Source: Ptychomitrium polyphyllum (lineage: Eukaryota). Taken from it: DNA of 64,000 nucleotides. The stretch covers positions 15,438,001-15,502,000 of the forward strand of contig OZ316775.1 of assembly GCA_973851085.1 (NCBI GenBank). Reading direction: 5' to 3'. Of the stretch, positions 16,201 through 31,374 are shown in pieces; position 1 is the stretch's first letter; the number at the start of each line of letters is the position of its first letter. A model generated the notes under the pieces. That model saw nothing but the letters and a program-made list of their open reading frames with translations. It made no database searches and was not told the origin of the DNA. A program made the position numbers and the translations under genes.

Positions 16201-19200
16201 CTTCCTTCGTATAACCATCCTCCAATTGGCATTATTTAGTAACATCCAAAAATTTAACCTCTTGATTCTGGGAGGGAGGTGTATTGAAACAACGCCTGAA
16301 GGCTGCAGTTGGTAGGGTATGTATTCTATGGATCCAGGGATGGGGTGGGGTGGGGTGGAAGTGGGATTGGCGGCCCACATGATTAGGCTGGTTACCTACA
16401 TGTATAGGGTGGGGGTGTTCATTGTCTAGAGGGGGTCTATCGTGGGGTTGGCGTGCAGCACTCCAATTGGGCCCCATGCATGGATTATGACAGTATGGGC
16501 CTGGCCCCTCCACCCATGCCCATCTCCAATTGATGCGGCCATGCCCATCTCCAATTGATGCGGCCATGCCCTGCCACCTCCCCACTCTCACTTCACATGC
16601 ACCCTGTCCCCTAGCTCCCCCCCCATGGGCTCCTAGTCCATGTTGCATTTGTTGGACTCCTCCTCTGAGTGCCATGTGCAGGTCTGCAGTGCACAATTCA
16701 TTCATGGCATCTGAAAATCACCTTTGTGTTACTTTCACATGGGCAGGATATCTAAAATTACAAATGGAAAAATCTACTATAGATGAAGGTGTTGCACTGA
16801 AAATGGTATTTAGTCTCATTGATTCCAAAAATGTTATTATAATCGTGAATCTAAACAACCAAACTAGTGTCATCAACATTAAATGTTAACAAACCTTTAG
16901 TTGGAACAACAAACCATTTTAATAACTATTTATGACTAGTATCAGTAAATACCAAATAAATACCACATAATACCAAATATTATCTTCAACGTAATTCACA
17001 TATTTGTGTACTTTTCAAGTTATTTATAAGTACACATACAATCACATTAATGAGACCAATTTTGGCGGTGGGTCCCTACATCCAAATTTGTAGTTTGAAG
17101 GTGATTATCATATTCCTATCATCCCTATCATATTTCAGTTTCATTGGCCATCCTTTTTAATGAAAAATCCCTCCTAGCAGTGCTTGTGGGTTCCTTAGTC
17201 ACTAAGCATTTCTGCAGATCATGGTGTGCTGAGTTCATGCACTCAGGAATGTACTGTTAATGTGTGCAAGGGAGGCAAGGGTCCACAACTTCATGGAGTG
17301 GCTAAGTCATGGCAGAATTGTACCTACAATGCAGTTGCAGCTTGGCCAACTAACTTGGATGATAAGATTCCAACTGACAGAGGCACTACCCAGGTAACTA
17401 ACTTTGGTTCCTAACACGTGCTTCCAGCATGGGAATTATTGGTGGTACACCTTATGTGTAGTGGGAACTCTTACACTCATTATTTCCTTCTAGACTACTA
17501 CAATACTACTAGACACAGCAGTATGAGATTTTACATCACTCCTGACACTAATTCTGTGAGACACTTGTAAGAATCATGTGAGAAATATATATTGAAGCGT
17601 TATTATATTAGAGTTCGGAATTTTATCTATACATCTACGGTGAAACTATGCATTGGTTACAGAGGCATGAACAACTTTTCACTTAAAATTTTGTAGAGCT
17701 TTCAATACTGGTGGTGAAAACATAAAAATTTACATTCTTCAGTATCTCTACTTTCTTTACCAAGGAGAAATACTACTTTGCTTGTATTACCTTTCCACAC
17801 GTACTAAAATACTTAGGTTATTAGTTTAAGATCTATGTACTTTATATGCACCTTGCATGAACCTCACACACACCTTACATGAACCTGTCATGCACCTTAC
17901 ATGCATGACTATCCAACAACTCCAGCATGGAACTCAATGATGGCAGTTGAATTATCCAGATGGCAGTTATGCAACACTTATCCAGCAATGTCAGCAAGTG
18001 TACGCTCTATCATTTCATGCAACTGCAAATCGACCTCCAAATTCCATGCAACAGATGGATGGATGAATTCGTTTTAGAGTATGTGGTCACAGCAGCTGTT
18101 CCAGGCTGAGGATTTTTCTGAAAGGAAAGATAGGTGAAGATGTTGCTGATTCACCACTATTCCTCTTTAGATAAAACTCAGTTAAAAAAAAGTAAAAACA
18201 ACTCTGAATTTCATTATTAGTAGTGACCATGCTCAATTGTCTTAAAATCACAATTTTGAGTGTTTCTACCATGATAGTGATTCACTTTAATTCCTAAATA
18301 ATGTTTTAAAGCAATACAAACTTATCACTCTCTCCCTCTCAAAAATCATGAATCATGTAGCCTCTTCATTGCAAAACATGCATTGCTTAATAATTATTGA
18401 TCAAGTTTATATCAATATTCAAGAAATTCACTAATTTTATAATTAATAAGGCATGTAAAATAAAAATACTTATATTGTTTCCATCAATTTAAAATTGATG
18501 AAAACAATCAACTACAAATAAATCATAAAGTATAAAAAGAATTAATTGTAAAATAAAATAATACTATTTTGCACTACAATCATCAACAAATTATACGTAC
18601 ATACTATTTTGTTTGGAAATTGTACAATTTGTTACAATCTACAATTATTTTGTTACACATTTCACCTACTTTATCATTTGAGTTAAATTCTCTACGTAGG
18701 TTTTATACATCTATCATTTAAAAAAATATATAACATTGCAAGTATTTTATATTCTTTGTATTTTTAGTTGTATTTAAATGCTTTTATATGTAAGACTATC
18801 AACCTTCACAAATGTTGATGAAAGATTGTAAAAAACACAATGTGTCTCAAAATGAACCATACTTTAGGAAGAAAATTTATTAAATTGCTAAACATCTTTG
18901 TTTCTTACAATTTGTTATCTCTTGCTATTTCACAATGTTGAAGATTTGTATCACCAATAACTTTTTAAGAAAGTATGTACATACTAATAAACCTCGTGCT
19001 ATTAATTTGACCATAGTGGCCACTTTGAACTAAAATCGTATGATTTTTTTAAATAAAATTATTATTATTATTAAATAAAAATAAGAAAACACTTTGAAAT
19101 ACAATATCTACTACATCATAGTTCCAAAACTTGTGAAGTCACCACTATGCACTTTCTCTTATTAAAAAAATTCCAACAATATCAAAAATACCCTTATCAA

Positions 19201-22200
19201 CCTCATGGTTTGGAAGATTTAAATAGTCTCACACATGTCAGACAAAACAACCTTTCCCCTTTACATATAAATATTGCAAGTTTAGCACTCTTTGGAAATA
19301 CAAAAGTAGATGTCTATCTTCCAAAAGCACAATTTCTCTTTCAAAGCAAATGCAAGAGCAAGCTTTGAAGTCATATGTGAAAACATTATATTTTCTTGCT
19401 TTTGAACACCAACAGTTAACAACTTTATACTGCTCAATCACTCTGGAAATTATGTACTACGCAACAGAAGATGACTAATGACAAGATTGAAGTGGGAGAG
19501 TGTGATGGCCTTTGGTGTATTAAACTCCATTCAACAAGACTTGTTGAAGGGAGAACTCTACTTTATTCGTAGACTTTCCTATTCCCTATTCCCTATTAGG
19601 GCATAGGAACCCACTGTTGATGAAAAAGTTGTGAGAAATTGGGAATTGTGTTGAATGAGAAAGGATGAAGCAGAATATGACTGTGACAGCAGACCCTGCT
19701 GATGGAGCCGCAAGGGCTAAGCTTGACCCCTACAAGGAAGCTATTCTGCATCTTCAAAGAGTAGGGGACAGCTTCAAGAGTTTGTAGACAGAGGAAAGGG
19801 GGAGTTAAAACAACTGGAAAAGAGAAATAAAGGAAAAGCCTCAACGAAAGCCTTCAGTCAAGGGCTTCCCTCGTGGCTGTGGATCAGGCCATCCAATGGG
19901 ACCTTGCCTTTAGATTGCTCAGCATCTGAATTTTGGATGTAAGGAAACCCTGCATCACTCACAGCAACCAATATTTGGTAATTATTCAAATGATGGCATC
20001 TACTCCCATCCGTTCTAGGCTGACTGGCAGATGCCTCTAGTTATTGGGCCATAGCTGCAGGCCATGCTGCTGGCATGTGACATCAGTGAGATCAAAGATG
20101 GTGGTGGCCTCCCACTGTGATTGGGGATGTCGAAGAATTCTGGCCACTATGAAACTACTCAAGTCAAGTTCCTCGTGTTTTCAGGTGACAGACTTTGCGT
20201 AACTAAAGTTATCTTGACCCAAACTCCGATTGCAAGTTCTAATGTTCCAAGTCAATAATTCCAGCATGTCTACGTGTGTAATTTGCAGTGGTACAAACTT
20301 CTGGGTGAAATTTGGTGTCAAATTGGGCATATTCTCCTGTAGTGAGGCCAATGAGTATTGATATGACTGGAGTGAGTGTAATGATGTTTGAAAGACAAAT
20401 GAGAGCTCACCTAGTATTGAGAAGAATGTAGACGATTTTGGGCCCTTTTAAAAATTAGACCTCTCATTGATTGTTTATGTTGTCAAGGTAGAGTCTTAAG
20501 ATATTTTGGAACCATTTGCCTCAAGATTAATATAGGATTTGTCTAAAATAACACTTTAATACTTTAAAATGAGTAGATTATAAAACAAGTTTTTATAGTT
20601 TGATATAAAGGTGTTATATAAAGCTAAGAGCAATGGAGGTGCTCTATTGTTTGTGTGCATATGGTATGTGGATTAAAATGTGATTGTTGGATTTTCTTCC
20701 TAATGTTCTCATTATTATATCTTGGTTGTCGAAAAATATTGTTATAATGTTTAGTTCTAATCTCAATGTTGTTTGCATCCATAAACTACCATATTAAAAA
20801 TAATCTTCAAAAGATCCTTTACTAATTTTGAATGTTCAATTTATTAAACTACATATGTTAACAACCATTCTTCTATTTAAACATTACACATATTTTTTTT
20901 TTATAAGTTCTCAAAGAATTATATGAAATTATTGAATCTACTATTCAAAAGTAATAACTTTTTATACAAACTCAATTCCAATCCAACACCTTATTTCCAT
21001 TATCTTATATTAAAAATAAAAAACATCAACCACATCCAATCCATATAATTCTTCTTGACTTGCTACTAGCATTAAAAAAATATAAAGATGTATACATATA
21101 AACTTATGATTATGCTTGGCATTGCTTAAATAACTATAATATTTTGCATTACTTTACTTTTTTTCTTTTAAATGTTTGAAATTGTATCATAATTAGGTTA
21201 TCAAAGGAATGGCCTCTTCTTAACTTGGAACCACCTTTAGAATTCTATCATATATAAAGTAGGCACAATTTTGAGGATATTGTAGAAAAAAGATATTTCA
21301 ATTATTATTATTTTTTTAAAGCCATTGTAAATTTTCTACCTTAAAAACTTTGCTACACTCTTCTACAAGAGCAATAGTAAAAACAACAAGTAATTGTTTA
21401 CAACTATTAGGTCATTAAAAATGTCTTATACTAATTTTTAACATTTTACAACATATAAATACTCATTATCATAATAAAACAATACATTCAATTTTCATCA
21501 TTGAATGTGTAAAGAATGGTATTTAGTTCCATATGGCATCAAATATTGTGTTGAATTACTTCATATTTTATATTATTCATAAGTAGTTATTAAATATATT
21601 ATTAATTTAATGAAAAGCTTGTTGTAGGTCAATGCAAATGACTATTGCAACAATTTATATGCAATATTGACCTATGCATTTTAAATTAATATAACTAATA
21701 ACCATTTTTAATAATCTAAATCAATTATTTTTTTCTTTGATTAAAAGAAATGAGTGTGAATTAGTGTATAATTTGTTATTTATTGTTCATACAAATGATG
21801 ATATAAATATTCAATGACTTTGTTTTCTAATGTGGTCATTTTATTGGAATCAAACCATCTATTTTAATTAGATATTTAAATAATATATTAAGAAACAAAA
21901 AAATCATCAAATGCATTTCATAAAGCAACTTATAAAATATTCAAATTTAAAAACAAATGATAATCTATACTATGTGCTTTAGAACATGTTTAAGTTCTTT
22001 TATCAATTAGTGAAATTTTTGTTGTAGCAATTAAAGTGATTTCCATTTTAAGGATATGTTATAGTGTGTTTTTTCTATTGGTAAAAATAAAAGGTTTGTT
22101 TTAATGCCTTTCATCTAAAAATGAAAAAAGGTATTCAAAAAGATTATTTAAAAAAAATTGGTAATGGATATATGTATATCATTTAATAGTCTGATATAAA

Positions 22201-25200
22201 ATCAGTTTTAAGAATTAGAATGTTCAAAGATGAAATGCTAATCTTCTTTATATTGACAACTTCATTCTAAAGAAAAATTGAGTTGGTCTACTTGGAATAA
22301 ATTTTGGAATATATATATTTAACTTATTCTTAAAACCTTTTTTTTGTAGGTGGATTGATATAGTGTACTTACCTTTACAAATAAACTATGTTACTAATAA
22401 AAAAATTCAATAAAATTTTGGATTGATTTGTCTACCTTAAAAAAATACAATTCGAATAGTTTCATCCAAAATTAAAGTGTCATATACAATTTTCATCCAA
22501 ATTTAGTTTATCATCCTCAACTTGCTTGAAAAAATAAATGTTCAATTGCATTGTAGTCTCTTGTATTTTTATTTATTTTGTATGTACAATGCATCCTAAA
22601 TTAATGAGGACCTTCATTATTTTGAACAATGTAGGTAGTGTACGGAGTTGGAAAGTACACTAAAATCGATTTTTAGTGTCACTGATTTTGCCATAAACTT
22701 TGCCACAATACTATATGTGAATTGTTAGATTGGTGTCATAATACCGAATATTAATAGGTTTTAGATTGAACAGTACGGTATTCCATAGATTGTTTACAAA
22801 ATAGCATTGCCAACAAAGTAATTTGTTATGACACTAAATGCTGTATGACTATACACATCATTTTTCATTGTACATGTGGTCAGATGCAAGGAAAGTTTCT
22901 AGTGTAGCTTCTGAAACACACAACTTACAGTACCTTTAACACCATGATCATGATGGAGGTCAACAATCATAAGGAATGTTAATGAACACATTGAAATTTG
23001 GAGTACTGGTACGCTATTGTCCATGCAGGCCGACACTGTATACCTTATACATCTTATCCAGTTCATGCAATACAATTACATGTAGAGAACCTTGCCATGG
23101 TGGCCACTCCTGAGGAATTGATTACTGGATAGGGATGAAGCAATGCAAGTTCCAGCTTATGCTAAGTTTGAAATAATTGAGTCAGGCATGATAACAAATC
23201 TGGCAACAAGGAGAAAGGACTGCAGAGGCCAATTTTGTAGACTGGGCTTACTGGCATTGTTTGCATACCTCTTTTTTGATGTGATGAAGCCTAGAGTTGA
23301 AGAGGAAACTTGGGATGAAGCTGAGATGGGAAGAGAAACTTGACTAGTGGCAAATATGTGTCATTTTGTCAGAGTGCATCACAGGCATCATTCTGGTTGT
23401 GCAGTGACTCCAAGACAGAGAGAAAGACAAATAATGAATGGTGGTTGGCTATGATATAATTTGTTAATATCAAAGAGAGAGAAGGCTCCCATAGGAATCC
23501 ATCCCATCAGTACTGTGTCCGAAACAAACATCTATGGTGCACAGGCCAAGGTGTTCAAGGTATGTGTACACAGCACTTGACATAGTATTGCAGGTGGTAC
23601 ATATGCACAACAATTCAGAGTCCTTAACCTGTAGTAGACATAACATCCCACTGTGGGCTCCATGGCGTCTGGATGTGTGCTTCAGGAATCCTTGGTCCTT
23701 TGAACTTGACATGTCCTTGCCAACATATAGATTCTCAAAGCTACATCATGCTGCTATAACACAACATCATGGAAACTGTTCAGCTGACCTGCAGTTACAA
23801 GACCAAACCAAAAACTCAAGACTGACTTGCAAGTGTTTTAAGACCATCTCCAAGGCACACATCAATTTGTCACTTATAATATTTTTATTTATATGGAATC
23901 AGTATTTGGAAATACCTTCTTTAGGAGCATATTAAAATGCCACAAAAAAAGAGTATAAAAATTCATAGATTTGTATATGAAATGACAAACCTACATCACT
24001 TGTAAGCATGTTAGTTTATAGACTTTGACAGGTGTCATCAAGTTTTTGGTCTTTAGTGGACCTAACTTGGCATATGTAAATAATTTGATGGATTTGGTCC
24101 ACTCAAAACTAAAATTTTGATGACAATTTTCAAACTTTGCAAATAAGCAAGCTTCCAAGGAATGTAGTTTTATCATCTATATTCAAATTTATGATTTTTT
24201 GTGCCTTTGTTGTGTAAATTTTTAATGTGCTTTTAATGATGATAGTTTCAAGTATTGATTCAATAAGAATGAAATTATTCTTTTGTGCATTTTGGTGTAT
24301 GTTGTAGAAATGCTTAAGACCAATAGCAAAAATTAAAAGAAGGAATATGATTGCTCATTTACACCAGCCATTTATAATAGGTAAGGTAATTCAAAAAGAG
24401 CATTTTTCAAAGATAAAATTTTCATAAATAGGATGGAATAATGTTTATTTCACTTTCACAATGCAATACCATGCAAAAACCTTGTATTACTTGGCATGCA
24501 ATGTGGCTTAGAAATGTTGTAATGAATTGTAGTCATATGAGATAAAAATATACAATGCCATGTTAAAAAAATTAGAATTGTTTCATTAATTTGGAACTAT
24601 CAATAAGATGGAAATTTACATCATTTTTATATATCAAAAATTAAATCAAACCTTTGATTTATGAAAGAATAGAACTCATTAATTTTAAGTACCACATCAC
24701 TTGTACTTGTTGCTACAAGCATTCATTACACTTTATTGAGCTTATAGCAATTAAAGTAAGTCATTCTTAAAGCAATTAGTAAAAATACCATTTGTTTTAT
24801 TAAACATGTCACATGCTTTAAGAACGACATTTATTGCAAAATGCATTAGCAATAGCAATCTTATGGATCATTTACAAAACAAGCAATTTTTCTTCTATTG
24901 TAAAGACAACTATTAGATGCTAAAGAAGTTCATATTGCACCCTATAAAGTTATGGCCAAATTTATAACACATTAGCAATTTTTTTTTACAAATATTCTTT
25001 GAATTTCCAAACTATAGATCAACAATCATTCTACATAATGAATACTAATACAAAGTGAAAGGATGAAATATGTGAAAAAATACTATCTAATTTTTGGCTT
25101 TATATCCAATAGTTTTTCAAATTTGGAATAATTTATAGAGAAGATGGAAGCCTATATCTTTCCTATAAATGAAGAATTTGCAAAAGATGATTTTTATATT

Positions 25201-27430
25201 GATTATATAAATTGTTCGTCACTTCTTTCTTTTAGAATTAATAGGTATTAAAGGTACAAGAAATAAAAAACAAACACAAAGTGTTTTTTAAGAATTATCT
25301 TCTTTTAGAATTAGTAGATGTTAAAGGCACAAAAAATAAGAAATAAATACAAAGTGGTTTAAAAGAATTAGTTTCTAAGGAGCTGACAATTAACAAAATT
25401 AATACAAAGACTAAAATAAGGGCATACTACAATATGATCTACAACTTGTGTTTGCAAGACTGAGGTATACCTTTTCTTACCTCCTATTTATACCATGACA
25501 TTTATATTTCTTAAGATACTTCCATAGAAACTTCTTATGAAGCTTAAGAATGTTCTAGAAGTCTATGAACCTTCCAAAGAAGTTTCTCAAGGAGATGGAA
25601 CCTTCTATCATGGACATACATATTAGAAGCATCTAGAAAGGTTCTTAGAAATTTTATGAAGTTTCCAAAACAACAACTTGAGATTGCTTGAGAACAAAAC
25701 AATGTAAGAAAAGCTTTTCAAGAACTTCCAAGGCTTGTGGTCTTAAAATGTATAAGAGTTGAGGCTAAAGGAATTTTCAATTTCAATAATGCATCTCTTG
25801 TGGTTTAACTTAAGATCTTTTGGCCTTGTCTTTGTATCTTTTTATAGCTCTTTATTTTTAATATACCTTAAATATATTTTGTTCCACATTTTGGAATCTT
25901 GAAGCTTTGTCTTGTAGTTACTATAATCGTTACAGTTCATCAAAACTATCATACAACAATATTAGAGCTTGATCTTTTTCAATAGAAAGTGGAGCACCCT
26001 TCTTTTCAAAAGCACTATAGCACTTTAGAAGTTGCGGATTATCCTCCTCTGGACTAATATTGCCTCTTAAATTTTCTCAGGTTTTTTTTTGTATGTGCAT
26101 ATTTAGCAGTTTTTATCTATTTCCGTTTCATTTATATGCCAGGAAGAGAAGAAGTTGATATGACTAATTCAAAAGAAGCCAAGTTACATTCCATTATCAA
26201 TGTCCTTGAAGCATTGAAGATCAAAACCAAGACTTTATCCAAGTAAAACGAAGAATTGTACTTGATTATACATAATAGTCAAGGTACGGAAATTTCAAGG
26301 CTTTGTAAACCAAATTCAATTTGTTACCTTGCTTCAACCTTGAAAGTATCTTACGGATACTTTGCGTATTGGGTTGGTAGGAACGTTGCTTTCAAGACAA
26401 GCTTTGAAGTGCAATAATTGTCAATTTCAACATTGACAAGATAAATAGACTTTTATTACGCCTTGGCCAAATACCAATTCTTTAGTAACTTTGATCCCGT
26501 CTACTTCTAATAAGTATTTGGGAGCAGAAGCCATGCAAGTTGATGCAGTTTGCTTCAAGCCCCTTACTAAATATGAGAAAAAATGACAAAGGGAGCAAGG
26601 ATTGGGTTTGTACTGTGGAAAACCTGGCTTTAAGGTTAATAATTGCCTAAAAAATCCTCTACGTACATATTGGATGAGAAGTACAACCACAATGCCAAAT
26701 ATTTTGCTAGAAAATGAGGACGTCTAGCCTCAACAAAAACCGTGCAGTTGAATTCGCTTCTTTTGGAAGAAAAAAAAATCATGTTTTATTACTTCATCTT
26801 TCTTTTTGTTTTACTCTATTTATTTGTTTTGGTGTTCAAAAGCTCAAAAGCCTTGCTTTAATAGATTCAAAAGCATTTGCTTGCTTTATTAACAAAGAAT
26901 TTATGAAAATTCATAAGTTTTTTTTTATTAGAAAATCCAAACCTGTCCATGTAGAAGTTATAGATGGACGACCGTTATCTTCCGCAGATGTTACTGATGA
27001 GATCAATCCATTAATAATAACATTGGACAATCATAGTAGTTAAGTAATATTTAATGTCATTAGGTCTTTGTCAAGTCTCATCATTCTAGTACTTTCTTGG
27101 CTCAAAAGGTATAACCTGCAGATAGATTGGGCATCCCGCAAAATATGATTTCTATCATTAGAACCTATAACTATTAAGCCTATAGATAAAGCTGAAGCAT
27201 CATATAAATCTAAGACCATAAAGCATTTCTTTATTAGAGCTAGAACATTTTCGAGACTAGCAAAGAGTGGTGCTGTGTATGTAATTTCAACATCCAAAGT
27301 TGTGGCTTCATCTTCAACCATTCCAGAAAAGTATAAGGAGCTCAATGATGTATTTGAAAAGAAGAATGGAGATACTTTACCATAACATCTTCTCTACAAC
27401 TGAGCCATAGATTTCCTAGATAGCATCCAA

Positions 27431-28576
27431 TGTTGCAACTATTGTAATGCACCTTAACAAGCGTCACGCGCGTCAACCCTGTACACCCCCACATGTACAT
27501 GGTTAACCTCCATTCTCACTCTCCAAGTCCCTCTACCCTTTCTCTTAGGACACTCAATTGATTGATAGCCAATAATTAGGTGCGGACTTCCATTCATGTC
27601 CAAGGCCTCACTTGGTGTTACTCCCATTCCACACGGCCTAACCGCACTTAGTGGTGTCTCCTCACCACCACTCATGATCTCCATGTGATCCTAAGATCAC
27701 CTCGGACCATCATGGTACCGACGTGAAGATACCACCCCAACTTAGTGATAACAAGCGTGCCCTCTTGATCTCACTTGTTCCCTTTGTGAAACCGGCCGTT
27801 TACCGGCTCACAATGGTGTGGGAGTCCCCGTGGTGAAGCCCCAACAGTAGCTCCACCAACCAGGACTCACCCTTAGTTCCTACCGAGACACTAAGGGAGT
27901 GGGGAGGAGGACCAGCCCTCCCCTATAATACTCTCTGTGAGATTCGGCAGGCCCCCTGGCCCTCTGTAGCTGGTTGAACCCCGACACACCCAAAGTTTTG
28001 GAAGACCACCCGATCTCCCTTGGGACTTAGCCGCTGGAAGCCTCCGGAATTCCTAGCGGACCTTCAGGGAGCCATATCTTCCACGTCTGGTGCCCGAATC
28101 TACCAAGCAATCATTTCATCGTCATCTACTCTTTGCGTAGATGCCAATAGACTCCTCAAACGTCCAATTTGAGTTAGTATTCTGGGAGATATGCCTCTCC
28201 CAAGGTTCGGGATTCCCAGGGAGTTCCTCCCTGGACTGTCTCAGTCTAGTACAGTCACTGTGTTGGGCTGCCACAGTCCGGTACAGCCCTTTGGCAACCC
28301 CAACTTTGGGATGCCATAACTTTTAGCTCCCTTGTCCGATTTGGGCAATCTTTAGCATTCTAGAATCAGCTCTTCGTGATTCCTCTAATGCCTATGATTT
28401 ATCCCTCATGGCCTTCGGTCTACATGGGCAAGGATGTTTCTCCCCCTTAGGGGTCCTTCCCACGCTAGGCCCACTCGGTTCCCCTCACTATTGGCGCCAC
28501 AAGTCATGGACGTCATTCCAGGGTTCCTCTTGTGCCCTTAGTGTTGCGGGCACTCCTCAAGGAGAGGTGCACAACA
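27431..28576. mobile_element. GC-rich solo-LTR-like insert X1 (1146 bp)
   Basis: TG...CA ends with TSD TCCAA/CCCAA. It splits the start of the family-A RT and is homologous to X2 and X3. Confidence 0.85.
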
Positions 28577-29997
28577 CCCAACCTCCATTTGGACCTATTT
28601 ATAATTTATCCCAAAATAAACTTTCATCACTAAAGGAGTGTATTGATGAAAAATTAGCCAAGGACTTCATTTGACATTCAAAGTCTCCTGCTAGTACTCC
28701 TATACCTTTTGTAAAGAAGGATAATGGACCTTTACAAATGTGTTACAATTATTGCGGCCTCAATAAAATAACGATGAATAACCAATATCCATTTCCGCTG
28801 ATATCTAGACTTCTTGATCAACTTCGTCAAGAAAAGATCTATACCAAAATAGACCTGCAAGGAGCCTATAATTTGGTGCACATCAAAGAAGGAGACAAAT
28901 GGAAGACGGCTTTTTGAATAAGGTATGAATATTTTGAACAAGGTATGAATATTTTGAATATAATGTCATACCTTTTGGACTTATCAACGCACCCGCCATT
29001 TTTCAGCACTTGATAAATGACATATTTTGAAAGTGCCTTGATAATTTTGTTGTATGCTATTACAATGATATCTTGATTTATTCAAAGAATCCAAAGGAAC
29101 ATGAACGACATGTCCGCATAGTCCTACAAAAGCTAGGATATGTTGGTTTTTATGCCATGCTGAAGAAATATGTAATTTACAAACCTTAACTGGAATTCCT
29201 TGAATATATCATTTCCAGTAAGTGACTATTGATGGATCCAAAGAAGGTCAAAGTAATCAGCAATTGGATGAGGCCAAAATTAATAAGTGATGTCTAATCT
29301 TTTCTTAGAGTTGCAAACTTCCATAGGATCTTCATTAAAGACTATTCTTGAACAATTGCATCACTCACAAAACTAACAAGCAAGGAAAAGCTTGATTGGG
29401 GATCCGATGTTAAGGATGCATTCCAAAGTTTGAAGCGAGCCTTTATCACAAATCCTATTCTGATTTATATAGACTTTTCAAAGAAATTTTATTTTAAAAC
29501 AAATGCTTTTGATTTGTACTAAAAGCAAATTTGTCACAAATGGGAGGACAAGGGAGACTCCATCCAAATACATTTCATTCCAAAAAAATTTAGCTGCAAA
29601 AAATCAACTACAAAATCCACGATAAGGAACTCCTTGCAATTGTGGATTCCTTCTAAAAATGGCATCACTTGCTTGAGGGTGCCGTGCATCTAATTATTGT
29701 ATACATAAAAAATAAAAACTTAGAATATTTCATGCCAGTATATGTTTTGAATCGCCGCCAAGCTCATTGGAGTATGTCTCTATCTCGATTTGATTTTTGC
29801 ATCACATATCGATTCAAAAAACATCAAGGGTTGTTAAATGCTTTGTCAAGGCAACCATATCTTGCGCCAAAGAAGGAAGTGGCAGCTTACAATCAACAAC
29901 AAGGAAATTTGTTGACACCCAAATAATTTTGTGTACACACAACCACCATCTCAATTCCAGTGGATTTAAAAGTCTTTCACCAAGTTTGTGTGGCATT

Positions 29998-30568
29998 TAT
30001 TACAGATATATGAAATAAGAAGTAGAAATAAAGTATTTTCCAAGAACTAGCTTCCAAAGAACTAATGATTTATAAGAACTTCATACAAAGAGTAGAACAT
30101 GGCAGGATACAATATGATCCACAACTTGTGTTGGCAAGACTAAGGAATACCTTGTCTTGCCTCTTATTTATACTATGACGCTTGTATCTCTTAGGATATT
30201 TTTAAAGAAGCTTCTTACAAAGCTTAAGAATGTTTTATAAGTCTAAGGAACCTTCCCAAGAAGTTTTCCAAGATATTGGAACCTTCCTAAGAAGCTTCCA
30301 AGGAATTAGATCCTTCCATGGGAGTTTCTTAAGGTGGTGGGACCTTCTTAGGAAGTTTTCCAAAGAGGTAGAATCTTCCTAGGAAGTTTCTTAAGGTGGT
30401 GGAATTCTCCTAGGAAGTTTCTTGAGGTGGTGGAACTTTTTTAGGTAATTTCCTAAAAATGTAGAAATGACTATAGAGACATTTGAAATTATTATAAGAG
30501 GTAGCATAATATACCAGAAGGTTCTAGAAGGTTCTAAAGACTATATTACATGATCTATGTCCATGACA
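29998..30568 (-). mobile_element. Solo LTR of family B (571 bp) inside unit 1
   Basis: Collinear with the B LTRs; TSD GCATT/GCATC. Confidence 0.85.
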
Positions 30569-31374
30569 GCATCTACCAAGGGTCCTCTTATTCTTGACAT
30601 CAAGTGTCATTCCAACAACTTCCTTCAAGATGTGTCTAAATTCAAATTCAAAAACAAACTTCTCTATTTTTGAAGAGCATCTATGTATTCCTGAAGGACC
30701 AAATTGTCTTTGTATATTTTAAACATGTCATGACGTTCCTGTGGGTGGGTATTTTGGATTCAACAAAACCTTGGAACTCGTCTTTTGAGACTTTTGGTGG
30801 CTTCAAATGTATAAGGCCGTTAAACAATTTGTACTCTTGTATAATATCTACTTCCGGTCAACAAATCCTCGATACCGTTTGTTAGGGACACAAGAAACAA
30901 GAAGCAGAAACGAAGTGTTTCCCAAGAATTAGCTTCCAAAGAACTAATGATTAACAAGAAATTAATACAAAGACTTAGAATAAGGCAGGATTCAAGATGA
31001 TCCACAACTTGTGTTGGCAAGACTAAGAAATACCTTGTCTTGCCTCCTATTTATACTAGGACGTTTGTATCTCCTAGGATACTTCTAAAGAAGCTTCCTA
31101 CAAGGCTTAAGAATGTTCTGGAAGTCTAAGGAACCTTCTCAAGAAGTTTCCTAAGATGTTGGAACCTTCCTAAGTAGCTTCCAAGTAATTGGAAACTTCT
31201 TTGGAAGCTTCCAAGGAATTGGGACCTTCCTTGGAAGTTTCCTAAGGTAGCGGAACTTTCCTGGGAAGCTTCCTAAAAACATAAAAAGGTTATGGAGACA
31301 TCTAAAAGTATTCTAAGAAACTATTATAGTATACTAGAAGGTTCTAGAATGTTCTAAAGACTATGTTGCATGAT

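Noticed and set aside
25953..25970. CAATATTAGAGC as a decayed tRNA-Met PBS (TGGTATCAGAGC)
   Set aside because: It lies about 20 nt from the LTR end. The adjacent segment fits self-priming better, and family B has no such PBS.
30240..30460. Regularly spaced palindromic repeats resembling a CRISPR array
   Set aside because: There are no unique spacers or cas genes; it is an LTR-internal minisatellite in a eukaryote.
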